In this document: positions 1-13,060 of the stretch, in pieces
Layout: the number at the start of each line of letters is the position of its first letter
Position numbering within the stretch: the stretch's first letter is position 1
Source: Spirogloea muscicola
Taxonomy: Eukaryota
Reading direction: 5' to 3'
Length of the DNA stretch: 64,000 bases
Assembly: GCA_009602725.1 (NCBI GenBank)
Contig: WELB01000003.1
Span: 1,345,710-1,409,709 of the forward strand
The notes under the pieces: model-generated
The model's input: only the letters and a program-made list of their open reading frames with translations
What the model was told of the DNA's origin: nothing
Database searches by the model: none
Translations under genes and position numbers: made by a program

Positions 1-419
1 GTCGCCGCCGCCGGCGCACTCCAGCTCGGCGCCGCGCCAGTCCTCCGGCGGCCCGCCGTCCCCTCCGGCAGCGCGGGGTGGCCCCTGGCAGAGGCAGAGC
101 AGGTCGTCGCTCGCCGTTGCGGCGGCGCTCTCCGGCGGCTGGCAGCCGCGCTCGCCGCCGCCGCCGCCGGGCGTTCAGTGGGCCTCCGCCGCCAGACGCT
201 CGCGACGACGAGTGTGGCTACGGCCTTCGCGCGCTGAGTGACGGAGCTGGAAAGGCCGCTCTCGGCGCTCGTGGCGTCGCCCAGTGACCGACGGGCAGCG
301 CCTGTGACGGTGCTTAGGGCCGGCCTCAATTGGGAGATCGTCACTATTGAGGTCCAGGGTTCAATACACTGAGCTCGACTTTTTGAGCTTAGAGTCCGAG
401 CTTAGTGTCGAGCGCCGTC

Positions 420-3400
420 ATGCTGGCGCCGCTCCAGCCGCAGGCGTCGCTCCGCTTCGCCGCGGCAGGCCTGGCCCGCCCAGTCGTCCTCGGCGAGAGC
501 CTGGCCAGCCTCACAGCCGGCCAGACGAGCTGCAGCCACGGTCATGCACGTTGCCACGCCACTCCGGCAACGCCCGGTGTCGTGAAGGCGCTGCGCCCAG
601 CTAAGCGCCTTTCAAAGAATCGGGCACTCGGGTCCTGCGCCGCCTCGGGCAACGGGGCCGCCTTCACGGCAGCCGGCCACGGCCACGCCCCCGCCGGCGC
701 CCTCCGGGACGGCTTGCCGCTCGACGTGCACGGATGGCCCGCCACGTGGACGCCGGAGCGCGGCTTGCCACTGTCCAGTGGCTTAGCGGATGCGCGGGAC
801 GGGCAGGCTGGTGCCCGCGCTGACCACGTTGTCCTGCCCGTTGTCGAGCGGAGCGCCAGGCTGGGAGGACCTGACAATGGCACGGCAGTTGAAGGTTAGG
901 CTTTCTCTGGCTTTACTTAGTGGAATAGCACCCCCTGCTCCCCACCTCCTTCCCTCCTCATCTTGCACTTGTCTACATGGCAAGTCTGCTCAAGCAGCTC
1001 AAGCAGCTCTTGTACGAGCAGAGGGTCAGTTAGAATCCACAAACCTTAGGTATGCCTTATGGCTGGAAGCCATTGGCTGCTATTGCCACAGCAAGTAAGC
1101 GAGCGAGCAATGATGACCAGAATAGTATCGCCTTTGCTTTTTGGTTGCTCAGTAACATGTCTCACGCTTCCTGCAACTCTCAACCTCCCTGTTTGTCTTC
1201 CATGGGCCGGCAAAGCTTGCTGCAGTTTCTGAATCAGCGCAGAGTGGCTTGCGGGGTGCAGGCACCAACATGCTGGCTGCTGTGGACCTGGGAACGAACT
1301 CATTCCACATGGTCATCGTGCAAGCGGACTCGTCGGGCCGTTTCCAGATCGTCGACGTCGAGAAGGAGGATGTCCGCCTGGGGAGTGGAAGGTGCATACC
1401 CCCTCCTTAGTGCTGCACCTCCATTTGGCAATACAACAGAAGACTGCAGATTAGTAGCAGGTGAACAATGGTGCGTGCCATTGACGACCTGATTAAGCTT
1501 ACAGCTTATCAGACTTAGCAGATGTCGGCAGTGATGACTCGACATACGCAGCAGCTGTGTGCATTGGAGTCTCTGAATGCAGCAAGTCTTACCTCGCAGC
1601 TCGGGCCTGAGCCTGATCACCCCGGAGGCCGAGGAGCGATCGTTGGCGGCCATCAAGCGTCTGCAGCGGATTGCGGCCACCTGGAAGGCGTCGATGCGTG
1701 TTGTGGCCACTTCTGCCGTGCGCGAAGCACGGAACCGCAGGTGCCACTCCTCTGCTCTGCTCTCCTCTGGGTTCCATGCCCGCTCCTGTTCCAGCTTGGC
1801 GCATTAGCAAAGCGGGGGAGGGCTGAGGGGCAGGGGCCCATGAAGATGGACCTTGCTTGGCACTCACCTGATCGACTGGCAGCCTTACACAAGCCTCAGA
1901 CAAGTCTTTCCGCTTACCTTTGACAATATTTTTTTAAGTCATATTCTAAATCAACTTATGAATAACTTTCTCAACAAGCAGAAAGGCTGGTTGTCAGAGC
2001 TACATGACTTCAATGGTATGGGCCTATGCTCCAGCATGGCAATGAGGAGGAGTCAGTCAGCAAGATTGCATCTCCACACTGTCAGCGAGGCTCTAAGAGT
2101 CAGCATAAGCGCAGAGCTATAGGATGTTCCAGGCCTTCTCATGCTTGTAGGAGCCCATGAGTGGCATGGGAGCTGGCCGGAAAGGCTTCTCTTGGCGTTG
2201 TGAGCTTTGTGAGGCCGTGTTGGGCAGTTTGAACAGATTATCTCTTTGATATTGACTAAATATGGCATCTAACATTTATGCTTCGCTACTGGGTTATTTT
2301 TGCAGGACATTCCTGCGGCGGATTGAGAGCAGCACTGGGATAGATGTGGAGGTCCTTTCTGGAAGGGAAGAGGCGTGCCTCATATACAATGGCATTCTAC
2401 AAGCTCTTCCAGGTACGCTAAACATCCAAGGCCAAACAGTTCGTTGGGCATAGCCAGCAGAGGCAGGCTTGAAGCAAAGTATCTGCATCATTGTGGATGC
2501 ATAGGGAGTGCAACATGTTGGAGATTTGCACGTACACAGACTACCTGCACTAGACATGGATTTCTGATTCACTACTCACTCGGCATAATAACTTTAGTCA
2601 GTAGTCTACAGCCAGAACTGCAATTGAAGGAGTGTGTGGAAGATCGATCTTGATGTAGCAGCTATAGTGATGGCAGTGCCGCTTGTGTTTCCTTGGCAGT
2701 CTACAGTAAGACAGTGCTGACCGTGGACATAGGGGGCGGCTCCACTGAGTTTGTCCTTGGGCGAGAGGGCAAGCCGCTTTTCGCAACCTCGCTAAAGCTG
2801 GGGCACATACGGCTGACTGAGCGCTGCCTCGCCGGTACTGGCTCCACTTTGGGCACACCATGGCTCTAGCATATGCATGATTGGGGTTGGTGGCACTGTG
2901 ACGGTATGCAAACAGTCTCCATCAGGGAGAGTTCCGCTTCTTCTATTAGTACAAGATTGCCAGTCACTGCCTGACGTGTGCCTGACATGTGAGCAATTGC
3001 AGGAGATCCTGTCCTCCAGCGGACCCAGGTGGAGGACCTCAGGCGCTACATCAGGGTCATGCTGGCAGACTCAGGAGTGTTGGAGGTAGGTCCAAAGGCA
3101 TGGAGGATGAGCGCAACCACACAAGCAGAGCTGCTTTCTGCTAACTTGCAACGTCATGACTTGATGGTCTGGTTGGAGTAGGCAGAAGGGCCTTGCAGTG
3201 GGAGGATGCCTTTGGGAGAATGCCTTTGACTAATTGCTTTCTCTTAGGACGTGCCAAGCATGAGAAGTGGCAAAGCTATTGGCATAGCTTGGAGCAATTT
3301 TAGAGCTCCTTTGGCGTTGTCGCTCAACGACTTGGTGGTGACGGTGGAGGTTAGCTGCACACATGTCATTGATATTGCTGCCCTTTCTGTCACGCGCCGC

Positions 3401-6136
3401 AGAACGTCAGAGCGGGGAAGTTCGAGGTGGCCATCGGCAGCTCCGGCACCATCGAGACCATTGAGCAGATGATTAACATGAATATTGCAGCAAACCTGGC
3501 TCTGCTAGGGCCGGAGGTCAGTCTGTTCTCGGCTCTCCTAGTAGGCTAGTAGGCTGTCATGCTCTACAACCTTGTGCACATTCACTTAGCTCACATGTCA
3601 TTAGCTGGGGCACCTGCCAGTTGCACTCCAGCCATTGACAATACCTGCCACCCATTGTGATTCAGAACACATTCCCACTGCTGATGTCTCCACCTGAGCA
3701 TTATGGTGCATTGCGGCAGTTGACAAGTATAACATAATGGGTCATAGGCATTAAGTATGTCGTGCAGTCTGCTGTATCTGCAGCAGCACTCTCATCCAGA
3801 GGCACCTTGCTTGCTGGTCTTTTCAGCACAATGGCACTCAGAGGGCGCATGGCTTCAAGGAGCGAGTCTTCTCGCGGGAAGAGTTGACCGCACTCGTGAA
3901 GAAGCTCTGCAAAGCCAAGACGGCCGAGGCCAGAGCGAAACTTCCAGGACTGCCTGAGAAGCGGGCGGACCTTATTGTGGGAGGGTCTATCCTCCTTGAG
4001 GAGATCTTCTATGCCATGGGTATTGAGGTGAGTGCTGATGGGGTGTATGCTACGTAATCGTCCTTCTTATTACCATCTATAACATTAATATATACGTTCA
4101 CATGCATCATCCCTGGAAAGTGCCGTGTAGCTCCTGGTCATGTGTCACATATGACCAGCCTGGAGCCTAGTCTTGTCACAGTACATTAACTGCTGGTGCC
4201 TGACATCTTGGGCAAATGTCTGCTGCACAGAAAATGTCGGTTTCCCCTTATGCTCTACGGGAAGGAGTTATCGTTGACACATTGACAAAGACGTATGACA
4301 ACTATAGTCCGGCACCAGACATCCGAAGGAGCTCTGTGATCAATCTGGCGAAGCGCTTCAACACCGACAGGAGGCTGGAGTCGGCTCTGCACTCTACAAG
4401 GCTGGCCAAGGTCTGCGCAGTTAGCTTCCTTCTGACTCACTAAGTCTTGCTCGGTACAGGTTGCCATCACCCAAAGATATAGCTGAGGTAGCATGCATGC
4501 TGCATTATGCTATGCTTTCATCAGTTCCTACTTAAGGTTTAGATTTTTCCCACCTTGATGTACGGGTACCATTTAGGCAGTGCATCGGTGTATTGCAAAG
4601 TTTATTTTGCATTCATCTGCCTGGAGTACCTAGTCATTCACAGGGAGCCCCTTGTCTTCATGACTTTGTTGTCACAGCAAATGTTGCAAGGCCTTCAGAC
4701 CTGCAAGGCAGGAGGGCAGGCTTGCATGGCAGAAATCATTGCAGAGCTCAACGAGAATGATGCTGAGCTGATGGAGGCTGCCACCATCCTGCACTATGTT
4801 GGCATGTTCATCTCTCACAAGTGTTACCACAAGCATTCACAGTACCTCATCAAGGTACATCTAGCCACAAACTTTTCTTGTCCTAAATGGGCAATAGAAG
4901 AGGCTACCTTTTGAGATTCATGGACAGGAGGAACATACTGGAAAATTAAATGAAGTATATTGTGTCAGTCAAGCGAAGCTTAGCTCTCAAGTTTCTGGAA
5001 CTTGTATTTGACCATCTTAAATTGCATGCCATGATCCTCTTCATCTGACCCACTCTCCTGTCTCGTTCAGAATAATGAGCACCTTTTGGGCTACAGCCCG
5101 ATGGAGATTGAGGTACAACACTTGTTGTGGCATGCATTGGTGATGCATGCATGCAAAGGTGCTTAATGAAAGATTTGAGTTCTGGACCTGGCGTATCACC
5201 TTGATTGCACTTGGGCTTTGTCTGAGCGCAGATTATAGCCCTTCTGGCAAGGTATCACAGGAAGAAGGTGCCCAGCTCAAAAGATGAGGACCTTGCCAAG
5301 CTTCCGCAGGAGGTGAGCAGAAAGTGTAATCTACTTATCTCTGTTATGGTCTAATTTTCTGTCTTCAGTATTCAACATGCTCAGCCTCATGCAAACACAG
5401 ACTGCCGCCTGTTTATCATTCTCTCTCCTTGCTTGCCGCTACAGATTCAGAACAAGCTGCGGACCATGTGCTCTGTCATGCGAATTGCTGTTGCACTTGA
5501 TAGATGCGCTTCTGGAGCAGTTCAGACTGTTCACGTCCTACAGGATAAGAAGTCCTGTGTTCTGGTAAGACAAGCGCTCATTTGGACCGACTTGCGTGGT
5601 TGCAGCACTACTTGATTAGAAGGCTTGGGGCCTCATCTACAGGTCATCATATAAATGTGTCAACTAATTAAGCATCATCGAAGCTATGCCCAGCCCGTAC
5701 CTGTTGCTCATCTTTGTTCTGCATGGTGTGGTAGGCTGTGACCCCAGCAATTGATTCAGTCACTCAATTACCACGAGATGTATCACTGGAAATCTGGGCA
5801 GCTAAGGGGGAGCAAGATTACTTTGAGAAGGTACTGATGTTTCTATATCAAGGTGCTCGTTGTACTAAAGTATCTCCACAAAGAATTGCCAGCCTTGGTC
5901 AGTGTCCGGGCTGCAGTATGTGCAATACTGGTGTTTACTCAGCTATGAAGTTATGGTTGTGGAAAGAGGTTGAGGTGTCAATGGTATTAGGCTGCTCTTC
6001 AATTTTGGGCTGATCTAATTGGGTTGTTGCTGCTAATGTGCAGCTCTTCAAAAAGACCGTGTCGTTCATAGTCGCCGATCAGCACGACGTAGAAGACGGA
6101 CTCGAGGGGCAAGCATCTCGTAGCTTAAGCTCGTGA
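420..6136 (+). CDS. Ppx/GppA family exopolyphosphatase / pppGpp phosphohydrolase, long form with C-terminal HD-like region and an N-terminal extension (about 15 exons)
   Basis: Spliced translation gives LAAVDLGTNSFHMVIV...VRLGSG (about 1226-1391), VVATSAVREARN (1600-1740), VEVLSGREEACLIYNGI (2306-2412), VDIGGGSTEF...SLKLGHIRL (2699-2834), GSSGTIE, RADLIVGG, SPYALREGVI, AATILHYVGMFISHKCYHKHSQYLI, EIIALLARYHRKK and MRIAVALDR. ATG at 420, TGA ending 6136, GT-AG introns. Confidence 0.92.
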
Positions 6137-7542
6137 TTGATGTAAATGCAGGGATAGTCAAACGCGATGGCAGAATCTTTAGATTGAGATAGTTGGTTTG
6201 GCGCAACAAAAAGCTGCCATTAGTGGCAATGGTGTGCCAAGCTCTAGCCTTCGCTCAAGCTTGTGCTTTACTGCTCGGAGATGGCAGATGTGCTACTTGT
6301 AGAATTCGAGCATCTCAAATTGCTTCCTAGACGGAGCAGTAGATGGATATCAATTTAAGTCTATAATAATGAGATGTCAAGACGTCCTTTAGTTTGTACC
6401 ATATCACAGATGTCTTATTGGCTTGATGCTACAAAACACCTGCATCTAGGGTGGATACGACTGTCTTCATCACCATGTCGCTGCCCCACCAGATGTTAGA
6501 CACCGAAACCCAATGCAATTGTCATTGGAGCGCACAGGCTGTGATTAAGTGGCATCTTGCGAGACCACTGGGCGAAGTCTGCATTGCTACACTGCCAGCT
6601 GCAGCCAGCACCACAGCGAGGTTGTAGAAGCTTGGCAGATGAGCAAAATGTACCTCAGGTCTTCTGCAAATACTATCATGATCATCCTAAGCAGAACGCT
6701 AGCAGGATCTGTTTGGGGCCCAAGAGATAGCTATGAGTACCTGCGTCCGTCATTATCTTGAGGGAGCTGTACATGGTCATACGCACAGCCCCTGACCGAG
6801 GACTGCCCACAAATCTGCTCGCTCGGCTATCAGCCAATGCTGTTGTCATGCGTTGCAGTTTTTCCTTTCCTTTTGCAAGTCAGAAGCTTCTTAGTTCGCG
6901 CAAGCTTCAAGAACCAAGAGAACCAAGCCACTGCGAGCACCGGGGGAGGGCAGAATCACGCCATTATGACCTCCCGCAGCAGACTCGGGGACAGTTCCGC
7001 CTTCCTTTGAGTAAGGCGGCTCACCTGCACGACAGCAATGCCCCCTCCATAGGAGCACATCCCAAATGCTGATGGATTCAGGTGGCCAGAGTCACAAACA
7101 AGTTTCATCGGGCGACAACAGCAGCAAGGCCTTCAACAACCAGATGACTGATCAGGCGATTGGGTAAGTACCAGCCGGAATGTTGAGAATGCAGATTCGG
7201 TTGCAGTGTCCGGGGAAAGGGCAGTACCTACATAACAAGCTTGACATGGGCTGTGCATCACCGGAGGCAGGTGCCCTGAACGCTTGGCATTGGTGGCGCG
7301 GTGCCCTGGTGGCACCGGTACGTCCTACATGTGGAACCTGTGCCATTTTGCACAGCGCTTTTGCAGTCTTAGAGTGACACCGGATTAATTTACCAAAGCC
7401 CGCTATTGTCTTTCGGTACTGATATAATGAGATAATTGAAGTGACACATTATTAGTGAAAGGTCTGTGTCATCACTGCCCTTCAGTGGAGGCTCAGGTTG
7501 CGGTCCACGTACAAATAATGCAGGAGATGTGTGCAGGGGCCT

Positions 7543-7589
7543 TGATTGAAGTGATTGGAGTGATTGAAGTGATTGAAGTGATTGTGATT
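7543..7589. repeat. Short 9-bp tandem repeat (GTGATTGAA), about 5 copies
   Basis: tgattgaa gtgattgga gtgattgaa gtgattgaa gtgattg read directly. Confidence 0.9.
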
Positions 7590-7599
7590 ACTCGATGTC

Positions 7600-8310
7600 A
7601 TCTATATGATGCAATTCCTAGTCTCCCAGTGACTTGATAGGGTCCACCCAGGATATTGCTAGCTTGGGCTGATGTACCGGTCTTCTTGCTGGGGAAGTTT
7701 ATGGGGATGAGGTTTCAATCCTTGTACACCTAGGCACAATGCCACCAGTCATATTCGTCCCACTGTCATTTGTGCTGTCTCCAAGTTCCTTGAGGCCATT
7801 GCTCGGATGAGGGCCAAATCTGCCATTTGTGAGCGACTATGGAGGTTAGCTACTCGATGGGTATGCCAAGCAATTCCAGGATGGTCGGATCTTGTCTGCA
7901 CAGCACTTGAAATGCGCGAGACCTGTGTGGTCCTGGGTGGAGCTACTGTTTGGCCGCCAGCAAAAGTGATAGGTACTCGTCCCACTCATTCATTGCTTAC
8001 TGACATACTTGGCAAGCATCTCCTTGACTGTACATTTGAAGTGCTCCAGCAGGCCCTAGAATTATCAGTCTGCGAGTAATAGAGAGTAACAGTGGCTGTT
8101 TCACTCCCAGCTGCCGGCAGAAGATGGTGATGACCTCGTTTGGAAAAAAGGCTCCTATTGTTTGTGAAAACCTGCTGCAGGCATGCATGTTGGCAGATCA
8201 CACCATGGAGGGTGAAGGAGGCCACTTTTGCGGCATCCGCTGTGGAAAAAGCTGCTCCTATGAGCCACTGAACTAGGTAGTCTGTTGCCAGGATGATGTA
8301 ATTTTAAATA
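7600..8310 (-). mobile_element. Degraded Ty3/gypsy integrase remnant (rve core plus GPY/F)
   Basis: Minus-strand translation YIILATDYLVQWLIGAAFSTADAAKVASFTLHGVICQHACLQQVFTNNRS, TLYYSQTD, and a GPYQV motif near 7630-7645, with frameshifts and stops. Confidence 0.75.
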
Positions 8311-8479
8311 GCTCATCATGACGACCCTCTGATGGGAGGCCACCAGGGCTTCCTGAACATGCTCAACACTCTGCGGCGATGTAGCTACTGACCGGGGTAA
8401 GATGTCCACTACAATGCATCAAGCAGAAGTCGCCAGGAGAAGAGGGCATGAGGGCTGGACAACTCCAACGGTTCTCCAA

Positions 8480-9600
8480 GCAAGAGCCCTTTTGGCCATG
8501 GGTCGCCGTGCACATCACAGGACCATTACCAAACTCAGGGCAAGGACGTAAGTACACCATCCTGGCAGCAAGGACGTAAGTACACCATCCTGCAGCAGCC
8601 CACTATCTCGGAGATAAGTAGGCAGCACGAGCAGCCCTTCCCACAGCGGATGGAGCACAAGTGGCCTCCTTCATTATCTGAGATAACCTGCCAACACCTA
8701 TGCCCGCGTGGGACTCTCATGGACAACGGGAGCCAACTTGCAAATAAAGTCACCACCATCCTCCGCCAGCAGCTGGGAGTGAGACACAGCTTTGCCACTC
8801 CATGCGACCGGCAGACTCATGGATCAGGCCATGATGGAGCAACTCACCATACCATCACGGTGATGCTCGTCAAATAGATCTGGTGGACGACAAGTAGTCC
8901 ACTCCGGCTTGCAGCCTACAATTGCTCCAACCCAAGATACACAACATCGCCCGTCAAGACACCGTGCGGACGAACTCCGCTCTTCCCGGCAGTGCTCGAC
9001 ATGACCATCCAGGACAACCCTCCGTGGACGCTCGCAAGTGGGAGGAGACACTCTCCACCAGATTGGCCCTGATCCGAGCACGGCCTCAAGGGGCTGGGAC
9101 ATAATGCAACAACTGCAGCAGTCTCATTTGCAAGGACGTATGAGGAAGGCAGAGCAAGGGGGGAAGGGGAAGGGGGGGAGACAGGGCAGCGGGAGCAGCA
9201 GCATAGCAGCAGCTTCCTGAGATGAAAGACGGGTGCGGTGGCCGGCATAGGCAAGCCCAAAGTGGCAACAGAATTGGTCAAGCAGCACCAGCAAGCGGGG
9301 CGCAGCCCGCGAGAGCAAGGGTCCACTGGGGCAAAACCCAACTCTCCTCGTTCAGCAATCGAGTATGGGACCAGGCTGACTCGGGGTGCGGGTGATCTCT
9401 CGGAGGCGGGAAGGCGGCAGTGACGAGCACAGCGGGCGCACGCGCAGGCCAAGGCCGGGACGCCTGCAGCGAGCTTGGACAGCGGGCAAGCGAGCGAGGA
9501 CAAGGTCGCGAGAATGGAGTGCGTATCGAGCGATGGAGGGCCTGAGTACCAAGTACAAAGGCAAGCACATCGAACAGGTGTACATCACCTGCTGCTAAGC
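8480..9600 (+). mobile_element. Degraded Ty3/gypsy integrase remnant, possibly ending in a chromodomain-like segment
   Basis: ITGPLP...GRKYTIL, LMDNGSQLANKVTTILRQQLGVRHSFATP, LAAYNCS...SPVKTPCGRTPLFP, and KYKGKHIE near 9550 (weak match to chromodomain YLVKWKG). Many frameshifts and an internal duplication of about 25 bp at 8539-8592. Confidence 0.7.
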
Positions 9601-10039
9601 TGACCCGCTCAGTGACCACCTCGAGTCTGCACGTAGAGGTCGCTAAGTGACGAGGTGAAGCCAACTCTGCGGCTCGTCAAAGGGCATCCATGGCGGCCCG
9701 CGGCGGAGGAGCCTGGCCGCGGCGGCGAGCGGCCGCCATGGCGGGCGGGGGAGACCCGCCGCGGCGGCGAGGAGGAGGTCGCGGGTTCGAATCTTGGGCG
9801 CAGCGGGGGACGGGAAATATGCCCCCCCTCCTCGCCGCCGCATCTTCGGTGGCCGGAGGGGAGGGGGGCGGGGGCCCCGGGGGGGGAGGGGCCCAGGCAA
9901 CCGGCCGCCCGGTGCCCGGCGCGAGGAGGGGGGTCCGCGGCGGCCGGAAGGAAGAGGGAGGGTGGCGAAAGAAGGTGCTCGCCCATTGAGAAGAGGGAAA
10001 GGACCCCTCTCCACCGCTTCCCGCTTCCGCTTTCCGCTT

Positions 10040-10272
10040 CCACACACATTGCTGGCCACGCAGAGGGAGGTGCTGAGCAGAAAAAGCTCCGACACTACTC
10101 AGACTACCCCCGCAGTGACCACCTCCTCCCGGCCGCAATCGACACTTTCGGCTGCTTGGGTCCTCGCTTCCATACCCTACTCGAGAACATAGCGAGTCTG
10201 GGATATGCACGACGCGAGGATATGCTCCCAGCCCAGATGGGTATGCCGGCAGCCTATCTGTCATTTCTGCGA
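10040..10272 (+). mobile_element. Fragment of the restriction-like endonuclease (RLE) C-terminus of a CRE/R2-group non-LTR retrotransposon
   Basis: AEQKKLRHYSDYPRSDHLLPAAIDTFGCLGPRFHTLLENIA fits the AE..K..KY....F.P.A.ETFG..G pattern and aligns with the minus-strand copy at about 29520-29680. It runs into an N-gap. Confidence 0.65.
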
Positions 10273-10756
10273 NNNNNNNNNNNNNNNNNNNNNNNNNNNN
10301 NNNNNNNNNNNNNNNNNNNNNNNNNNNNNNNNNNNNNNNNNNNNNNNNNNNNNNNNNNNNNNNNNNNNNNNNNNNNNNNNNNNNNNNNNNNNNNNNNNNN
10401 NNNNNNNNNNNNNNNNNNNNNNNNNNNNNNNNNNNNNNNNNNNNNNNNNNNNNNNNNNNNNNNNNNNNNNNNNNNNNNNNNNNNNNNNNNNNNNNNNNNN
10501 NNNNNNNNNNNNNNNNNNNNNNNNNNNNNNNNNNNNNNNNNNNNNNNNNNNNNNNNNNNNNNNNNNNNNNNNNNNNNNNNNNNNNNNNNNNNNNNNNNNN
10601 NNNNNNNNNNNNNNNNNNNNNNNNNNNNNNNNNNNNNNNNNNNNNNNNNNCCTGGTCGCCATCCCGCCAGGCGGCGGTCCCCGCATCATCGCCGATGTGG
10701 TGACAAAACACTGCATCGACTCCGCCAATCCCACCAGATCGGCGGCGGCGGCGGTC

Positions 10757-13060
10757 ATGTCGTCGGGCGGCGGAGGCGGCGGCGGCGGCGGCGGCGGCGG
10801 CGAGGCGGTGGAGCTGCGGATAGGGTACGCGCTGCTGCAGAAGGTGGCGAGCCTGCTGCAGCCGGCGCTGCGCGAGAGCCTGCGCCGCCGCGGCTTCCAG
10901 CTCGTCGCCATCGACCCCTCGCGGCCGCTGGAGGAGCAGGGGCCCTTCGACGTCATCCTGCACAAGGCCGGGACGTCAGAGTGGTGCGCCGAGCTGTGGG
11001 AGTTTGAGCGCGCGCACCCGGACGTGGTCATCATCGACAAGCCCGAGGCAATCAAGCGCCTGCACAACCGCATCTCCATGCTGCAGGTCAGCCGAGCCTC
11101 AGCTGCTGGCACGAGAGCTCGTCGATTTTGACGTCCGTGTTTCGGGCATCAGTTAGCGACCTCTTATGGATGACTCGCGGTTACTGAGCAGTTTAGCTTA
11201 TAACAGCAGGTGATGTACATCTGTCAATGCGCTTGCCTTTGTACTTGGCCACTCAGGCCCTCCATCACTTAGAATTTAGTCACTCGTCACTTAGCACACA
11301 TCACTTAATTCACAACCCACTTCGTGCTGCAGGCGGTGGCGACGCAGCTGGAGCACGGGCCCTCGGGCGCGCGCTACGGCATCCCCAAGCAGCTGGCGGT
11401 GGGCGAGGGCGAGTGCCCGCCCGACGCCATGGCCGCCACGGGCCTCCGCTTCCCGGTCGTCGCCAAGCCGCTCGTCGCCGACGGCTCCGCGCGCCGCCAC
11501 ATGATGTCCCTCGTGTACAACGACCGCGGCCTGCAGCAGCTCAAGCCGCCCGTCGTCCTCCAGGAGTTCATAAACCACGGTGCTGTAATCTTCAAGGTTA
11601 GCCGGTGCAACGGCTTTTGCCATGCAGCCACACTTATCCTGACCCGCAAGGTGGACACAGGTGGCGCTGGTCCTAGGAGGCTCGCCTGTCGCCACGAGGG
11701 CTGGCTTGTTCTCCGAGTCGCATTTTGGAGCTCTGGGTTACTTACCTGACGCCTTGCTCGCCTGCGCCAGGTGTACGTGGTCGGCGACTATGTGAAGTGC
11801 GTCCGCCGGCGCTTCTTGCCAGGTGCTCATTCCTAATAGGTCACAGCACCTCCTTCTCTTGCATGCATGACGACTTCACAAGCCGCGAGCTCGTCAATGC
11901 CAGCATGTAAGAGAGCCGGCGGCTTAGCTTGCCGAGAGCAGGCTCGGAAATGCTTGCTGTAGTCTCTTGCGCGGGCTTGTGGCGCTGCCACTGCTGAGCT
12001 TGCCTGGCCCACACCCATACGAGCTTGCCTGGCTCACACCTATCTGATCTTGGGCCTCAGAAGACTGCTTCTGCCTTTGGGCAAGCCTTGTGTGTTTGCT
12101 TCTGAATTCTGTCGCTTGCAGCAGCTGTCCACACTCTTGACTGTACCTAGTGTGTCAGTCTTTGTCACACACCCTCCTCCTCTCTGCAGTATCAGCTCCT
12201 CCGCCCATATCATATGCCGTACTGGCACTGCATCCTTGTGGGTCCTTTGTATCCAAGTTGTCGCGACTTCTTATCAACACGACCTCATCAATGGTGCAGA
12301 CGTTGGGAAGGAGGACCTGAATGAGTGTGACGGAGTCAAACCCTTTTCCCAGATTTTCAATGCCTCCACGACGGGGAAAACAGGGGAGCATATTGATGCA
12401 AGGTCTGCAGCAATCATCCTTGTTAAGTGTTTTCAAATCATGGCCAGTTGGACACAGCTGGCAGATGATAGATGCTGATGGCAGCCCATTCTTACCTCAA
12501 GTTGAGGCATCAGCATTTTAGGGGTTTCTATTCGCCAGCTACCTCCGTTGATGATGCTCTCCTACGGTTTTGCAGCTTGGCAAGCACGCCGCTGCCTCCA
12601 AGGAAGCTAGTGGTAGATATTGCCGCAGGTTTGTAAAGAACGCCGCCTGGTACTTGCTCACTGTGTCTCATGTAATCTGCTGATAAGACTCTTCCAACTC
12701 TATTGCTCGGAAGCACGAACTCTCCGTGCTTAGATTTGCTCAATAAACTTTCAGTCAAGGCACTCAATTCGCTCAAGAGTTCCTCTTCCGAGGAATCGAC
12801 CTGGACATTTGGGTCTTGTTGCAGCTCTTCGTCAGGAGCTCGACCTGCGGCTGTTTAATTATGATCTCATCCGGGACAGTCATTTAGGGGATCATTATTA
12901 TGTCATTGACATAAACTACTTTCCAGGCTTTGCCAAGATGCCAGGGTACGAGGTAGCGCTGGCCGATTTCTTCTCCACATTCTCAAAAAAGAAGCGACAC
13001 CAGCCAGATAGGCTGGTGGGCTCTGCAGACCAGGAGTCCTGCGAACCTAACGGCTCCTGA
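10757..13060 (+). CDS. ITPK: Inositol 1,3,4-trisphosphate 5/6-kinase (ATP-grasp ITPK family), about 6 exons
   Basis: IGYAL..[94 protein letters not shown] and YYVIDINYFPGFAKMP. Exons about 10757-11086, 11333-11596, 11771-11822, 12299-12402, 12576-12628 and 12824-13060. Confidence 0.95.

Noticed and set aside
6900..7340. Possible gag zinc-knuckle remnant
   Set aside because: The Cys/His spacing is too degenerate to support a call.
9776..9800. GGTTCGAATC resembling a tRNA T-loop / B-box
   Set aside because: No acceptor, D or anticodon stems and no A-box could be built. It lies in GC-rich repeat debris.
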